Assembly: GCA_017446885.1 (NCBI GenBank)
Contig: JAFSOR010000021.1
Span: forward strand, 2,550 to 66,549
DNA from: Spirochaetia bacterium
Lineage (GTDB): Bacteria; Spirochaetota; Spirochaetia; CADAEX01
Direction of reading: 5' to 3'
DNA: 64,000 bases
Shown here one piece after another: positions 42,906-52,222 of this stretch (position 1 is the first letter of the stretch; each line of letters begins with the position of its first letter). Under the pieces are notes generated by a model. That model did no database searches. It had not been told where the DNA came from and saw only the letters and a program-made list of their open reading frames with translations. The position numbers and the translations under genes were made by a program.

Positions 42906-43263
42906 TTACCTCGTAAAATGCTATAGGCCGCATCACAGCAAGGGGAGAAAGCCTTACACCTTTATCAAAGGTGGCGTGCAGTACATTCTGCCTGTCGGTC
43001 ATGTAACCGATATGAAGGCTTCTTCTGTATGCCGTGCAGACAATGCACCCCGGTTCTGGTCTGCGTATCTGCCTGACATTCATTCCCCTGCTTATATAGT
43101 CATTTATAAGATCCGCCGGTAATGATTCCAATCCTCTGCGTAAATCTATAAGGTTCCTGCCTGACCGCCTGCAGCACTCAAGCACAAGGCCGTAACAGTC
43201 CATTCCGCTTTTGTCCCTGCCGAACTGCCGGAATGGTATTCCTATCAGGTCATCATATTTCAA
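42853..43263 (-). CDS. NlpC/P60 family peptidase, tail assembly protein K-like (lacks JAB domain)
   Basis: 136 aa. Catalytic Cys context GMDCYGLV and downstream His (HIGYM...). Position equivalent to lambda gpK. Confidence 0.65.
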   Translation of the reverse strand: MKYDDLIGIPFRQFGRDKSGMDCYGLVLECCRRSGRNLIDLRRGLESLPADLINDYISRGMNVRQIRRPEPGCIVCTAYRRSLHIGYMTDRQNVLHATFDKGVRLSPLAVMRPIAFYEVIDESEFIQGTCRQEHSC

Positions 43264-43694
43264 GTGTTGCCCCGGTTATTGTTGGATGTGAACTTGAACG
43301 CTGCAAAGGTCATCTCGCCTCTGTCATCCTTGTCCAGCTTAAGCTCCAGCTTTGCGCCGTCCCAAGTTGCATCGCCGTATTTATGCTTCCACTGTCCGAT
43401 TTCCTCAACTTCCTCGCCGTTGAAAATACCGACAACCTCGGCTTTCAGATAGTAGTTGTTCTCCAGCAGGTCAATTATCTCATCATGCTCCACAATCTCA
43501 ATGCTAAGCTGTGCCTCTCCGCTGTCTCCTGGGAAATAAGTGAAATTGCTTGATGCATATGTATCGCCATCATAGACCATATCCAGATTATCATTTATAA
43601 GATGTATATGCAGTGTCTCGTCAGGACTGTAAAGATGAACAAGGAACGGCAGGTTGTAACCGCCGCCTTCTGCCAGAAATTTATGAATGTTCAT
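43260..43694 (-). CDS. Minor tail protein (gpL-position)
   Basis: 144 aa, no motif recognised. Synteny between the M-like and K-like genes. 4-nt overlaps. Confidence 0.35.
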   Translation of the reverse strand: MNIHKFLAEGGGYNLPFLVHLYSPDETLHIHLINDNLDMVYDGDTYASSNFTYFPGDSGEAQLSIEIVEHDEIIDLLENNYYLKAEVVGIFNGEEVEEIGQWKHKYGDATWDGAKLELKLDKDDRGEMTFAAFKFTSNNNRGNT

Positions 43695-44050
43695 ATTTCC
43701 TCCAGTGTAAGGCTTATTTCCTTTGTCTTTTGTCCATTCCAGCCCTCAATCTTCACCCTGTAGAGAGTGTAGCCTGTATGTGTCACTATATCTGTAAGGT
43801 ATACCGGAATAGTGCCTGATTTGATTGTATTCTCATACCAATACAGAAGCCATTCAAACTCTGTCCTGCCGTCTATTTTGATGCTGTCGTTGCATCTTAG
43901 ATTGAGTGAATGGGTTCTTTTAGGCGTGGAGTTTTTCAGGTATTCAATGCTCCTGCCGCTTTTGAACTCCACGGATTCTGTATTTTCCTTATATCCTCCG
44001 TCCTGTCCGTAGAACTTGGTGTTGACGTGTCCGTTCCAGTACTGTGCCAT
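43691..44050 (-). CDS. Minor tail protein (gpM-position)
   Basis: 119 aa, immediately after the tape measure. Synteny only. Confidence 0.35.
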   Translation of the reverse strand: MAQYWNGHVNTKFYGQDGGYKENTESVEFKSGRSIEYLKNSTPKRTHSLNLRCNDSIKIDGRTEFEWLLYWYENTIKSGTIPVYLTDIVTHTGYTLYRVKIEGWNGQKTKEISLTLEEI

Positions 44051-44059
44051 AGAATCCTC

Positions 44060-46843
44060 CTATATGCCCCAATAGTCACCTGACATTTCCTGCTCTGCCA
44101 CTGCAAGGGACTTTCCGTATCTGCCTTTCTTAAGGCTCTCGTTCACACGTGCATCAATCATTATTTCTATCTTGTCCTTTGACAGCCGGGGCTTTGCAGT
44201 AACTATGTTGGATGCAGAATTATTGATGACAATATTGGTGCCTCCGCCGCCGTTAGATCCACTGTTGATGAAATCCCACAGTGCTTTCTGCTGTCCCATG
44301 TTCATGACCATCTCCCTGCTGTTGAGGTTTGCGGCTATGTTGTCACCATGCAGGGAAGACCCGCCCACGATACCTCCTGTAGAGAATGATGGAGGGGTAG
44401 GCTTGCTTGCTATGATTGATGCAACCTGCACCGCACCTGCAGCACCTACAAGTGCACCTGTAATAAGGCCTGCAATGCCGCCCTCTGCTATTGCCTTTGT
44501 CACTCCCTGTGCAATGTTTGCGGTTGCCTGTAATATAGACGCTCCCCACTGCCAAAGTTCAATTCTGTACTGCTGCTGTGCCGCATCCTTCTTTATCTTT
44601 GTGACCTTCTTGTTGTATTCTTCCTCGCTGATTTCTCCGTCCTGGTATTTTTCTTCAAGGGCTGCGATTTCCGCTGCACTCTGGTTCTGGACTGTCTGTA
44701 TCATCAGGTCGCTTGCATCTTTCATAAGGCTTACTGCATCATCTGTGTAGCCTTTCATCTCTGTAGCAATGTCGGAGAACAGCTGTCTGCGGTTCTTGAT
44801 GTATGCTTCGTCAAGCTGCTCCATCGCATCAAGCTTTTCTTGTTCACTTAGAACCTCGCTGTCGTTTATCGCCTTTCGCATGTCGGCTATCTGTTGATTC
44901 TTGTCTATATATCTGTCCCAGTATGTCTCTTGCTTTTCTGCCACGGCATCAAGATTGCTGATAATCTCATCCCTTGCAGACTCTTCTTTGTCGACACGCT
45001 CTTTTATTGCCCTTTCTACAGCATCTGTTTCCTTTTGGAGCAGCTCGTTGTATTTGACATTGTATTCCTCCTGTAGCTTCAGCTTCTGCTCTTGGAGAAT
45101 GTTCTCATCGGCCATCTTCTCTTCATAGAGTGCAGCCAGCGCCTGCCGCTGGTCTCTGATGCGCTCTACCTCGTTCCGTTTATCTGTGACATCTATGGCG
45201 TCGAGGGCGTCTTTCAGTGATTCCGCATTCCTTGCTGAAATGATGGCTTTCCGCTTTTCATCGAACTCTTGCTCTATCCTAAGCTTTTCATTCTCTTCCA
45301 GATATTTGTTGTCAACAATAGCTTTGTATTCGGCATCCAGCATTTCAAGAACTGCGTCATACTGGTTCTTTACAATGCATTGTGCATCCTCGGATGCATT
45401 CTGGAGTTCTGCCTCAAAATCCTTTATCTTCTCTGTCAGTTCACTTTTGCCTGTTCCCGCTACTGCAGTCTTGCCCCAGCTGGCAATGTCAGCACGTGCA
45501 TTCACTTCATGCTCATAATTTCCACTGTTGCCGATGAAAGCCGGGTCGCTCATCATCTTTACATATGCGGCAAATGCCGTGTTGTACATCTCCTGCGCCT
45601 CGGCTTCTTCGCTTATCTCCTCGCCGTTGGCACGTCTTGCCGCTATCTCTGCCTGCTTCTGCCTTATGGTCTCATCATACTGTGCCCGGAGTGTATCACG
45701 CTGGTTTATCTGTGATTCCTGTAAGGCTATGGCCTCCTGTTCTTTCTTGATTCTTTCTTCTTCCGCTATTGCAGCCTGATTGGCATCTTCCTCTGCTTTC
45801 TTTGCATTATCCCTTAAGGAAGTCCATTTGACATTGTTCCTGATATATTCTTCATACTGCTTGTTGAGGTTTTCAAGATTCCGTGTGTATGTCTCCTGGT
45901 CTATCTTGCCTTTATGCAGAAATTTGTTCTGTTGTTCTATTTTTTTGTTGTATTCTTCAAGATAATAACTGTTTGCTTCAATCAGTGCGTCATATTGGCC
46001 TGCGGTGACATTGCCGTCTTCCAGTCCCTTTAAAGCCTTTTGCAGTTCTCTGTGTTTTTTAAGTGCGGTTGCAGTCTCGGAAACCAACCTTGCAAGGGAG
46101 GTATACCAAGGGTTGAGTGTCTGCTGGATTGAGGCACCTATCTCTTCCTTTACATCACCGATGGCATTTTTAAGTTTCTCGTGTCCTTTAAGCTCATCCG
46201 CAAGCCGCTTTGCGTTGCCTTCATACTGCTTGGCTACAAAATCAATAGCCTTGCCGTTTTTCAGTTCCTCTGCGGTAAGGTTCTTCAATGCCGGGACTGT
46301 CATTCCTAACCGTCCGATCTGGCCGGAGTATGAAAGGTTGAGTGCCCTTACAGCCTCGTCCAAGGAGACAGTGCCTTCCGCTGCAAGGTCAAGAGAAGCC
46401 GACATTATCTTCATTATCTGCTCCTCTGTCCTGCCGGAGTTTGCAAGATGTGACATGAACGGAATCAACTGCTCGTCACCTACAGCTGCCAAACCTTGCA
46501 GTGACGAGGCGTAATCTTCCAGTCTTTTTACAGAAGTACTGTCAAGGTAGGGGTTGTTCTTGGCCGCTGTCTCCAGCCTGATTTCCGCCGAACGCTGGGT
46601 TTCGTATGCAGCTGAAAGCTCGTTGATATATGCGATTGTAGATTTGATTCCGTCCTTAATTCGATTAAAAAGTTGTAAAGCATTGTTAAGAGGTACCGCA
46701 CTGCTTAACATTTTACCGAAGTCGATTTTTTTAGCTTCTTTTCCCAGATTCTGTAAATTTTGTTTTATTTTATTCAGATCTCGCTGAATATCATTGCTTC
46801 CATCAATTTTAGCAAGGAATTTTACTTGTCCGTCATCTGCCAT
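44060..46843 (-). CDS. Tail tape measure protein
   Basis: 927 aa, long E/K/Q/A-rich coiled coils. C-terminal Gly-rich hydrophobic segment (GGIAGLITGALVGAAGAVQVASIIA). Located between chaperone and tip genes. Confidence 0.85.
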   Translation of the reverse strand: MADDGQVKFLAKIDGSNDIQRDLNKIKQNLQNLGKEAKKIDFGKMLSSAVPLNNALQLFNRIKDGIKSTIAYINELSAAYETQRSAEIRLETAAKNNPYLDSTSVKRLEDYASSLQGLAAVGDEQLIPFMSHLANSGRTEEQIMKIMSASLDLAAEGTVSLDEAVRALNLSYSGQIGRLGMTVPALKNLTAEELKNGKAIDFVAKQYEGNAKRLADELKGHEKLKNAIGDVKEEIGASIQQTLNPWYTSLARLVSETATALKKHRELQKALKGLEDGNVTAGQYDALIEANSYYLEEYNKKIEQQNKFLHKGKIDQETYTRNLENLNKQYEEYIRNNVKWTSLRDNAKKAEEDANQAAIAEEERIKKEQEAIALQESQINQRDTLRAQYDETIRQKQAEIAARRANGEEISEEAEAQEMYNTAFAAYVKMMSDPAFIGNSGNYEHEVNARADIASWGKTAVAGTGKSELTEKIKDFEAELQNASEDAQCIVKNQYDAVLEMLDAEYKAIVDNKYLEENEKLRIEQEFDEKRKAIISARNAESLKDALDAIDVTDKRNEVERIRDQRQALAALYEEKMADENILQEQKLKLQEEYNVKYNELLQKETDAVERAIKERVDKEESARDEIISNLDAVAEKQETYWDRYIDKNQQIADMRKAINDSEVLSEQEKLDAMEQLDEAYIKNRRQLFSDIATEMKGYTDDAVSLMKDASDLMIQTVQNQSAAEIAALEEKYQDGEISEEEYNKKVTKIKKDAAQQQYRIELWQWGASILQATANIAQGVTKAIAEGGIAGLITGALVGAAGAVQVASIIASKPTPPSFSTGGIVGGSSLHGDNIAANLNSREMVMNMGQQKALWDFINSGSNGGGGTNIVINNSASNIVTAKPRLSKDKIEIMIDARVNESLKKGRYGKSLAVAEQEMSGDYWGI

Positions 46844-46900
46844 ATCATGCTCCTTGACATTGTTTATAATGTCCTGTTATATTTAAAACGAGGTTGATAA

Positions 46901-47026
46901 ATGGGAATTTTTATAATCCTGTTGATATTCATTTTCTCACTCGGTCCACTTGTTGCATTTTTAGTGTGGGGCTATAAATGCTGGTCAAAAGAGTATGATA
47001 AAATAATTAGTTATATAAAAAAATAA
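46901..47026 (+). CDS. Candidate small hydrophobic peptide (41 aa) on opposite strand between tape measure and chaperone genes
   Basis: ATG 46901 preceded by AGGT. Encodes MGIFIILLIFIFSLGPLVAFLVWGYKCWSKEYDKIISYIKK (one TM helix + basic tail). Lies in a locally AT-rich 190-bp gap. Confidence 0.25.
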   Translation: MGIFIILLIFIFSLGPLVAFLVWGYKCWSKEYDKIISYIKK

Positions 47027-47034
47027 ATGTATCA

Positions 47035-47682
47035 TTAACCCTTTCCACCGTTCAACCAGTTCTCAAATTCCGCCAGTGCCTCATCATCTCCAGAATCATC
47101 GGCAGGCAGTTCCCACGCCGCACGCAGTTTCTCCATATGCCGTGTGTACCTGTCAGGTTTCCTGCCGTCACTCTCCCATAGCCTATATCCAATAATCTCA
47201 TTCAGCTTTGTGTCATGCAGTCCCCGGAAAAGCGACTGGAACTTGTACCAGTGCATATCGCTTTCCACTAAATCTATACCGTACTGCTCAAGGAACGCTG
47301 CAAAGATGTAGTCTGCATCTATGGCATAATCCACCGTCTTTTCATCACCAGAGGAACCTCTGGGTAGTTCCTGCGGTGGATTGCAGAAAGCGGTAAGTGC
47401 CTTGAACCCTGCAATCCTGTCAACAGGAATGTTATCCTGGTCACTGTACATGAAGTCAAAGTCGGCAAGCGTCGCATCTTTATCAGATGACAGCTCCAGA
47501 AACCTGATCCAGTATTTAAATGATGTGTGTACATAATATAAAATGCCTTCCACCTCAACGGCAGAAGGCAGTACAGCTTTCTTCAAGTCAATCACGGCAT
47601 CACTCCGCAGGGGTGAAAGTACCGTCGCTGAATGTGCCTGCAATGAATGTAGGAACTCCAGCACCTGAAAGGGTGATTGCAC
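47035..47682 (-). CDS. Phage protein at tail-assembly-chaperone position
   Basis: 215 aa, acidic C-terminus. Sits between major tail and tape measure genes. Overlaps the major tail gene by ~80 nt, so the true start may be internal. Confidence 0.35.
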   Translation of the reverse strand: MQSPFQVLEFLHSLQAHSATVLSPLRSDAVIDLKKAVLPSAVEVEGILYYVHTSFKYWIRFLELSSDKDATLADFDFMYSDQDNIPVDRIAGFKALTAFCNPPQELPRGSSGDEKTVDYAIDADYIFAAFLEQYGIDLVESDMHWYKFQSLFRGLHDTKLNEIIGYRLWESDGRKPDRYTRHMEKLRAAWELPADDSGDDEALAEFENWLNGGKG

Positions 47683-48136
47683 CCTCTGTGATTTCGTTGA
47701 AGTTCAGGTCAAAGTCAATGTTCTCATTCACAGTGTCCATCTGGTTGATAGCTACCACTGCATCAATAAGCCAGCCTTTGTATACAATTACAGGGTCTTC
47801 TCCTACAGTCGGTGTATAGCTTGCGGTTTCCTTGATGAATGCGATAAGCACAGGTCTGTGTGCATCATCTCCGGTAGCCCTGTTATACAGCATGTCAAAG
47901 ATTGTCTGGTAGTCAGGTTCTCCCTTGAACATGGTAAGGCTCTGTGCGAGTGACGGCTGGTAGCTGTCAATCTCGGTTTCCGGCTGCTCGCTGGAAATGA
48001 AATCATAGGTCTTTGTCTGCGGATTCATCGAAAGTGTGAATGCAGTTGACTTCTTTATCTGTGTCCAGTTCGGATTTTCTCCCTTTGCCCCTATGAATGG
48101 AACAACTTTTGTTTTCTTGATTGGATCTCTGCTCAT
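47600..48136 (-). CDS. Major tail protein
   Basis: 178 aa, beta-rich, Thr/Gly-rich. Position between head-tail joining genes and chaperone/TMP. Confidence 0.55.
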   Translation of the reverse strand: MSRDPIKKTKVVPFIGAKGENPNWTQIKKSTAFTLSMNPQTKTYDFISSEQPETEIDSYQPSLAQSLTMFKGEPDYQTIFDMLYNRATGDDAHRPVLIAFIKETASYTPTVGEDPVIVYKGWLIDAVVAINQMDTVNENIDFDLNFNEITEGAITLSGAGVPTFIAGTFSDGTFTPAE

Positions 48137-48526
48137 TTATTCCTCCAAATAAGTGCATCTGATTGAGGCAGAATAGGTTGTATAACCTTTGGCATCCACT
48201 TCTATGAACTGTGGCAGGGTCACAGCCTCACAGTCCATCTTTATGCCGTCGTCACCTGTGATTTCAGCACCGTCAATGGTGTCTGTCATATCGGCTGCAT
48301 ATCTCCGGGCATTCTCTGCATTCTGACAGCGTACGAAAAATGTAAGCTGCCATGATACCTGACGTGACCCGTCAATGAACCTGCGTTCTGCAGCCGGATT
48401 AGGATCGTGGCGCAGACATGCACCGTCTGAATCTTCGTCCGGTATTATGTCCGCATACACAGTGAATGGAAGCTCCATAGCTGTTTCAAGCCATGTGCAT
48501 ATTGTGTCAGCCACATTTGATTTCAT
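48137..48526 (-). CDS. Tail completion / head-tail joining protein
   Basis: 129 aa. Synteny. Confidence 0.35.
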   Translation of the reverse strand: MKSNVADTICTWLETAMELPFTVYADIIPDEDSDGACLRHDPNPAAERRFIDGSRQVSWQLTFFVRCQNAENARRYAADMTDTIDGAEITGDDGIKMDCEAVTLPQFIEVDAKGYTTYSASIRCTYLEE

Positions 48527-48872
48527 TCTCTACAAGCTCCTTCCACTGCTTCCCTTTCCTTGCCTTGGCAGCCTCGAACCACTTGGGACAGGCATTAGGG
48601 TTATTCTGCTTTGAATGGTCAAAATGAAGCCCATAATACTGCCTCTTGGCGTAAGGGGTGCGGTATACTATCTCGCCGGAACCAGGGACTGTATATATCT
48701 GTGCAGATTTCTGCAGTACCCCGGTCTTGAGCGGTACATAATAGTTGCAGTCCTTGACAACCTGCATATCCAGCTTCACCTGTGCACGGTGCACGGCTTC
48801 GGAAAGCCTGCCGGCACTTTTCCTGACATCAAAGTCTATCTTCATGTCAAAGCTGATTCCGCCATCATTCAA
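48507..48872 (-). CDS. HK97 gp10-like tail component
   Basis: 121 aa. Pattern ...AVHRAQVKLDMQVVKDCNYYVPLKTGVLQKS... resembles the HK97 gp10 family motif (VPxDTGxLxxS). Confidence 0.5.
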   Translation of the reverse strand: MNDGGISFDMKIDFDVRKSAGRLSEAVHRAQVKLDMQVVKDCNYYVPLKTGVLQKSAQIYTVPGSGEIVYRTPYAKRQYYGLHFDHSKQNNPNACPKWFEAAKARKGKQWKELVENEIKCG

Positions 48873-49236
48873 GGATCACCTCCCAGTGGTGTACCGTATC
48901 ATCTCCCTGGGTGTAATATGGCACCACTTCCCTTACAGCAAATTCTTTCCTGCCGAACCTCACAATATCAAGTTCTTCAGGCAGTGTATAAACACTGTTC
49001 ACCCTGTCGATGAACAGTGTCACAGCATCTGCCTTTGTCTCGCCTGTGGATGTCCTTAAAGTCCGGGAGACAGGAAATACACGCACATGCTCAAGCTGGT
49101 GCTCTGTATATGCTGCATTCCTGTCACGGTCAATACTGGACTTATGCAGAAGCACGGCATTGTGCATAAGCATTTTGACAGGTATAGGCCTGCTCACCGC
49201 ACACCTCCCAGAACATTGCAGAAGAGTGACAGCCAT
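48865..49236 (-). CDS. Head closure / head-tail adaptor protein
   Basis: 123 aa. Synteny downstream of the capsid gene. Confidence 0.35.
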   Translation of the reverse strand: MAVTLLQCSGRCAVSRPIPVKMLMHNAVLLHKSSIDRDRNAAYTEHQLEHVRVFPVSRTLRTSTGETKADAVTLFIDRVNSVYTLPEELDIVRFGRKEFAVREVVPYYTQGDDTVHHWEVILE

Positions 49237-49571
49237 TTGTATTTCTGTTCCTCTGTGCTCTTGGTGTTCTGCTCGACATATTTCTCATATGCTTTGTTAT
49301 TGGTGCTGTAGCTGTAGCCACCAATGCTTTCGGAAGCATCGGGGGCATCCTCTCCGCTTGCGATCTGTGACGCCTGATAATCAACCTCTATCATCATGCA
49401 GACAGCACTGTCTATGCCGTTTTCTTCCTTCTCCTCAACCAGATTATCATCAACAAGCCGCTTCATATACAGCCTGTTCTCCAGTTCATACTTCCTGAAA
49501 GTTTCTTCGTCGGGGATTACGGAACGCCCCAGCGTGTTACTGTAGAAATTATAGCTTACATTCTCGAACAT
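49194..49571 (-). CDS. Head-tail connector protein
   Basis: 125 aa acidic protein immediately after the major capsid gene. Synteny. Confidence 0.35.
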   Translation of the reverse strand: MFENVSYNFYSNTLGRSVIPDEETFRKYELENRLYMKRLVDDNLVEEKEENGIDSAVCMMIEVDYQASQIASGEDAPDASESIGGYSYSTNNKAYEKYVEQNTKSTEEQKYKWLSLFCNVLGGVR

Positions 49572-49676
49572 TCCGCTTTTCCTCCGTCAATTTTTCTTTC
49601 CGTCTTTCCCTGCATCATTGCCTGCAGGCTTCTCTTTCTTTGCCTTCTTTGGCACATAACCTACAACATGCATACA

Positions 49677-50564
49677 TTACGCCTTATGATGCAGGTAGAT
49701 ACCCGCAGTCTTGTTCTCATAGACATCAGCAAGTCCATATTCACGGAAGTTGAAGATCCAAGCATCTGCATCGCTGTTGTCATCCGGGGAGATAGCCTTG
49801 TTCACACCGTGCTTAGTGTACTGCATGACTGCGGACTTCTCGGCAATAAGGAAGTTGATGTCCTTACCGGCTTCATCCTGTGCACCTGCAGACACGTGCT
49901 TTCTATAACCTCCATCCTCCTCTCCGGCGGTGGTGCCGTCCAGAAGGTCGATTGCAGTGTAGAACCGTACCTGTGGAACTTCCACAATACCAGCGAACTT
50001 AGCAAGAATCTCTGTGCTCTTGTTGGTGTCCACGCCCCTTACTGCGGTCATAAGGGTTGGTGTAATAAACAGATACCTCTTGTCGACTGGAACTTCTGCC
50101 TCATCCATTGCGGCACTTGCAGCACGAAGGGCGTCAAGCACGTCTGTGCCTGTAGAAAGTGTACCTGATACCTTTGTCCCAGCAGCACCAGCATATTTTG
50201 CAAAACGGAAGGCATCCTGCTCTGGTGCAACCTTAACCCTGATGAACTCGGAGGAAAGCTTGCCGAAAGCAAGACCGGCGGTCTCCTCGTTGTCCATGGA
50301 ATCTACAGTGAACTTTCTTCCACGGTCATAGTTGAATGCCACAGTCTCATATGTCATATTGACATTACCTTTCACGTAACCGCTGTTCCTGTCATAGTCT
50401 CCCAGCCCGTCCATGCTGAGCTTAGGGATGACTATCTCGTTGGTGTTTGCTCCTGCTCTTGCGAGTGTTGCATCACTTTCGAGAACAGCTGTCTTTGACT
50501 CCAGCTTATAGACCTCATCAAGGAGATCTATGTACTTCTTGAATTTAGCAATCTGATTTGCCAT
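49677..50564 (-). CDS. Major capsid protein
   Basis: 295 aa. Position after scaffold gene. Sequence typical of major capsid proteins of SPP1-like phages of Gram-positive bacteria (...VAFNYDRGRKFTVDSMDNEETAGLAFG...). Confidence 0.75.
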   Translation of the reverse strand: MANQIAKFKKYIDLLDEVYKLESKTAVLESDATLARAGANTNEIVIPKLSMDGLGDYDRNSGYVKGNVNMTYETVAFNYDRGRKFTVDSMDNEETAGLAFGKLSSEFIRVKVAPEQDAFRFAKYAGAAGTKVSGTLSTGTDVLDALRAASAAMDEAEVPVDKRYLFITPTLMTAVRGVDTNKSTEILAKFAGIVEVPQVRFYTAIDLLDGTTAGEEDGGYRKHVSAGAQDEAGKDINFLIAEKSAVMQYTKHGVNKAISPDDNSDADAWIFNFREYGLADVYENKTAGIYLHHKA

Positions 50565-50567
50565 CTT

Positions 50568-51113
50568 TTACTCCTTTTTTGGTGGCAGGCCCATAATGGC
50601 TCTTGCCTGTGCATCATCGTCGGCATTACCACCTTTGCCGCCTTTCATTGGAGATACCACTGGCGGGGTAGGTGCTGTTTCATCCTTAAGGATGTCCGAC
50701 TTGTCTTTTACCAGCTCGTCAAAGAGATCCTTGATTGCCTTTCCTGCATTCTTTTCATCAGCCAGCATATCCGCAAGCTGCTTCTTGATTGCATCCTTGG
50801 TTATGCTGTTGACAAACTTCTTGTCATAAAGAAAATCTCCGACCTTTGCCGAACGCTCCATTTCAGCGATTTTCGCCAAATTTTCCTTCTGTGAGTTTTC
50901 GTACTGCTCCTTCCACTTCTTGACATCTTCCTTTGCCTGGTCGTAGTCTTTGAATTTCTCAATGGTCTTGTTGGCTTCCTCAAGCTGCTTCTTGAGGTCA
51001 TCCCTGTCGGCGTATTTAGCCTTGGTTGCCTCAATGTCCTTGCCATTCTCGGCCATGATCTTGTCAACTACATCCTTTTCAAGTTTCAGGTTCTCCAAAA
51101 ATTCACGTGTCAT
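50568..51113 (-). CDS. Scaffolding protein
   Basis: 181 aa highly charged helical protein (K/E/D-rich). Directly upstream of the capsid gene. Confidence 0.65.
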   Translation of the reverse strand: MTREFLENLKLEKDVVDKIMAENGKDIEATKAKYADRDDLKKQLEEANKTIEKFKDYDQAKEDVKKWKEQYENSQKENLAKIAEMERSAKVGDFLYDKKFVNSITKDAIKKQLADMLADEKNAGKAIKDLFDELVKDKSDILKDETAPTPPVVSPMKGGKGGNADDDAQARAIMGLPPKKE

Positions 51114-51212
51114 TTATTCTCCTTACGCATCTTTTACGGCCTGCCAGCCGATTGGATAGCCGGTGATTACGCACACTAGCAATGCTCTACTTATATAGTC
51201 ATTTCCTGATTT

Positions 51213-51648
51213 TCACCTGAGCATATACCACGCACCGGCAAAACCACCGGCGGCGCCAAGTACAGCCCCGATGCACCAGGCTTTAACTTTTCCCACACGG
51301 GCTTCTTTTTTCTGCTCTTTCCAGAATGTCGAGAGCCTGGTCAAGCTGTTCTGAAGCTCTCTTGTTTCTGTCTGCGATTTCTCCAGCTGCAACCTGGCAT
51401 TCTCCAGCTCGCTTTTCTGCCCGTTCAACTGACTCCGCAGCTTTTCTATCTGCTTCTCCTGTTCGTCCAGCTCTTTCTTTGCTGTCTGCAATGACATCTT
51501 CAGCGCTGTCGCCTCTGTATCCGTAAGAACTACGTCGGCCCAGCATATAGGCGGACACACAGAACAGAGCACCAGCCATATAAGAAGCATGGTCTTTGAT
51601 CCATTTCCAAAACTTTTTGACAACATTCATGTATTCTCCCTTATGCAC
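51213..51648 (-). CDS. Double-coded region: two near-completely overlapping minus-strand ORFs (137 aa coiled-coil + C-terminal TM; 121/115 aa N-terminal TM + charged tail)
   Basis: Frame A 51213-51626: signal-like N-terminus MLLIWLVLCSVC, heptad-like coiled coil, C-terminal TM AWCIGAVLGAAGGFAGAWYML. Frame B 51283-51630/51648: N-terminal TM ASYMAGALFCVSAYML plus R/A/E-rich tail. Its internal ATG at 51630 forms an ATGA overlap with the holin-like gene stop and has an AAGGGAGAA RBS. Confidence 0.3.
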
Positions 51649-51815
51649 TTGCCCAGTATCATGCCAGCACCCGTATAAAGCATGGTCTCCCAGCCCGGCT
51701 TGCCGATGAAGAAGCCGATTACTGCAACGGCCAGAAGCATAGCCCCGGTAACCTTTGCTCCGTCCAAGTCAAAGTCTTTGTCACCCAGTGTTGAAGTAAG
51801 CAAGTTATGCTTCAT
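51627..51815 (-). CDS. Holin-like small membrane protein
   Basis: 62 aa with two hydrophobic segments (GAMLLAVAVIGFFIG; MLYTGAGMILG) and charged C-terminus. Immediately downstream of the CHAP gene. Confidence 0.45.
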   Translation of the reverse strand: MKHNLLTSTLGDKDFDLDGAKVTGAMLLAVAVIGFFIGKPGWETMLYTGAGMILGKCIRENT

Positions 51816-52222
51816 TTCCGCCTCCGGAGCAGTCCCAGACAGTTGTGCTTGTCACGCAGGGCAAGTTTGGCCCCGTCCTGCCTGCAGCCGTCCTGCTCGA
51901 ATACAAGCATCTTGTCAGCATTCACCCAGCAAAGGAATATTGCCACATGTCCATAACGGTTGGTCGCTGTCCTGTCCCATACTGCAACATCTCCATATCT
52001 GGCAGTTATGGTGTTCTCTGTTGTGAAATATTTCTGCTCCAGCGGCATCTTAGAGTAGTTGATATACAAATCCCGTGCACCTTCCACCGCTCCTGTATGC
52101 TCCCTGATCTCCAGAACCTCTTTGACATACTGCCTGAAAAGGTCAACGCACTGGGCACCGAAGGCACCGTCAAAATCTACTTTCTTACCCAGATACTTGT
52201 TTATAAACTCAATGAAATTCAT
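51812..52222 (-). CDS. CHAP domain peptidase (endolysin candidate)
   Basis: 136 aa. Catalytic Cys context FGAQCVDLFRQY and His context GHVAIF, typical of CHAP amidase/peptidase domains. Confidence 0.7.
   Translation of the reverse strand: MNFIEFINKYLGKKVDFDGAFGAQCVDLFRQYVKEVLEIREHTGAVEGARDLYINYSKMPLEQKYFTTENTITARYGDVAVWDRTATNRYGHVAIFLCWVNADKMLVFEQDGCRQDGAKLALRDKHNCLGLLRRRK

Noticed and set aside
51213-51648. Firm call of i-spanin/o-spanin or u-spanin.
   Set aside because: The lipobox of the 137-aa frame is poor (L-V-L-C). The host envelope type is not established from this window. The second frame may be a compositional shadow of coiled-coil-coding DNA. Kept as a finding, not as a named feature.
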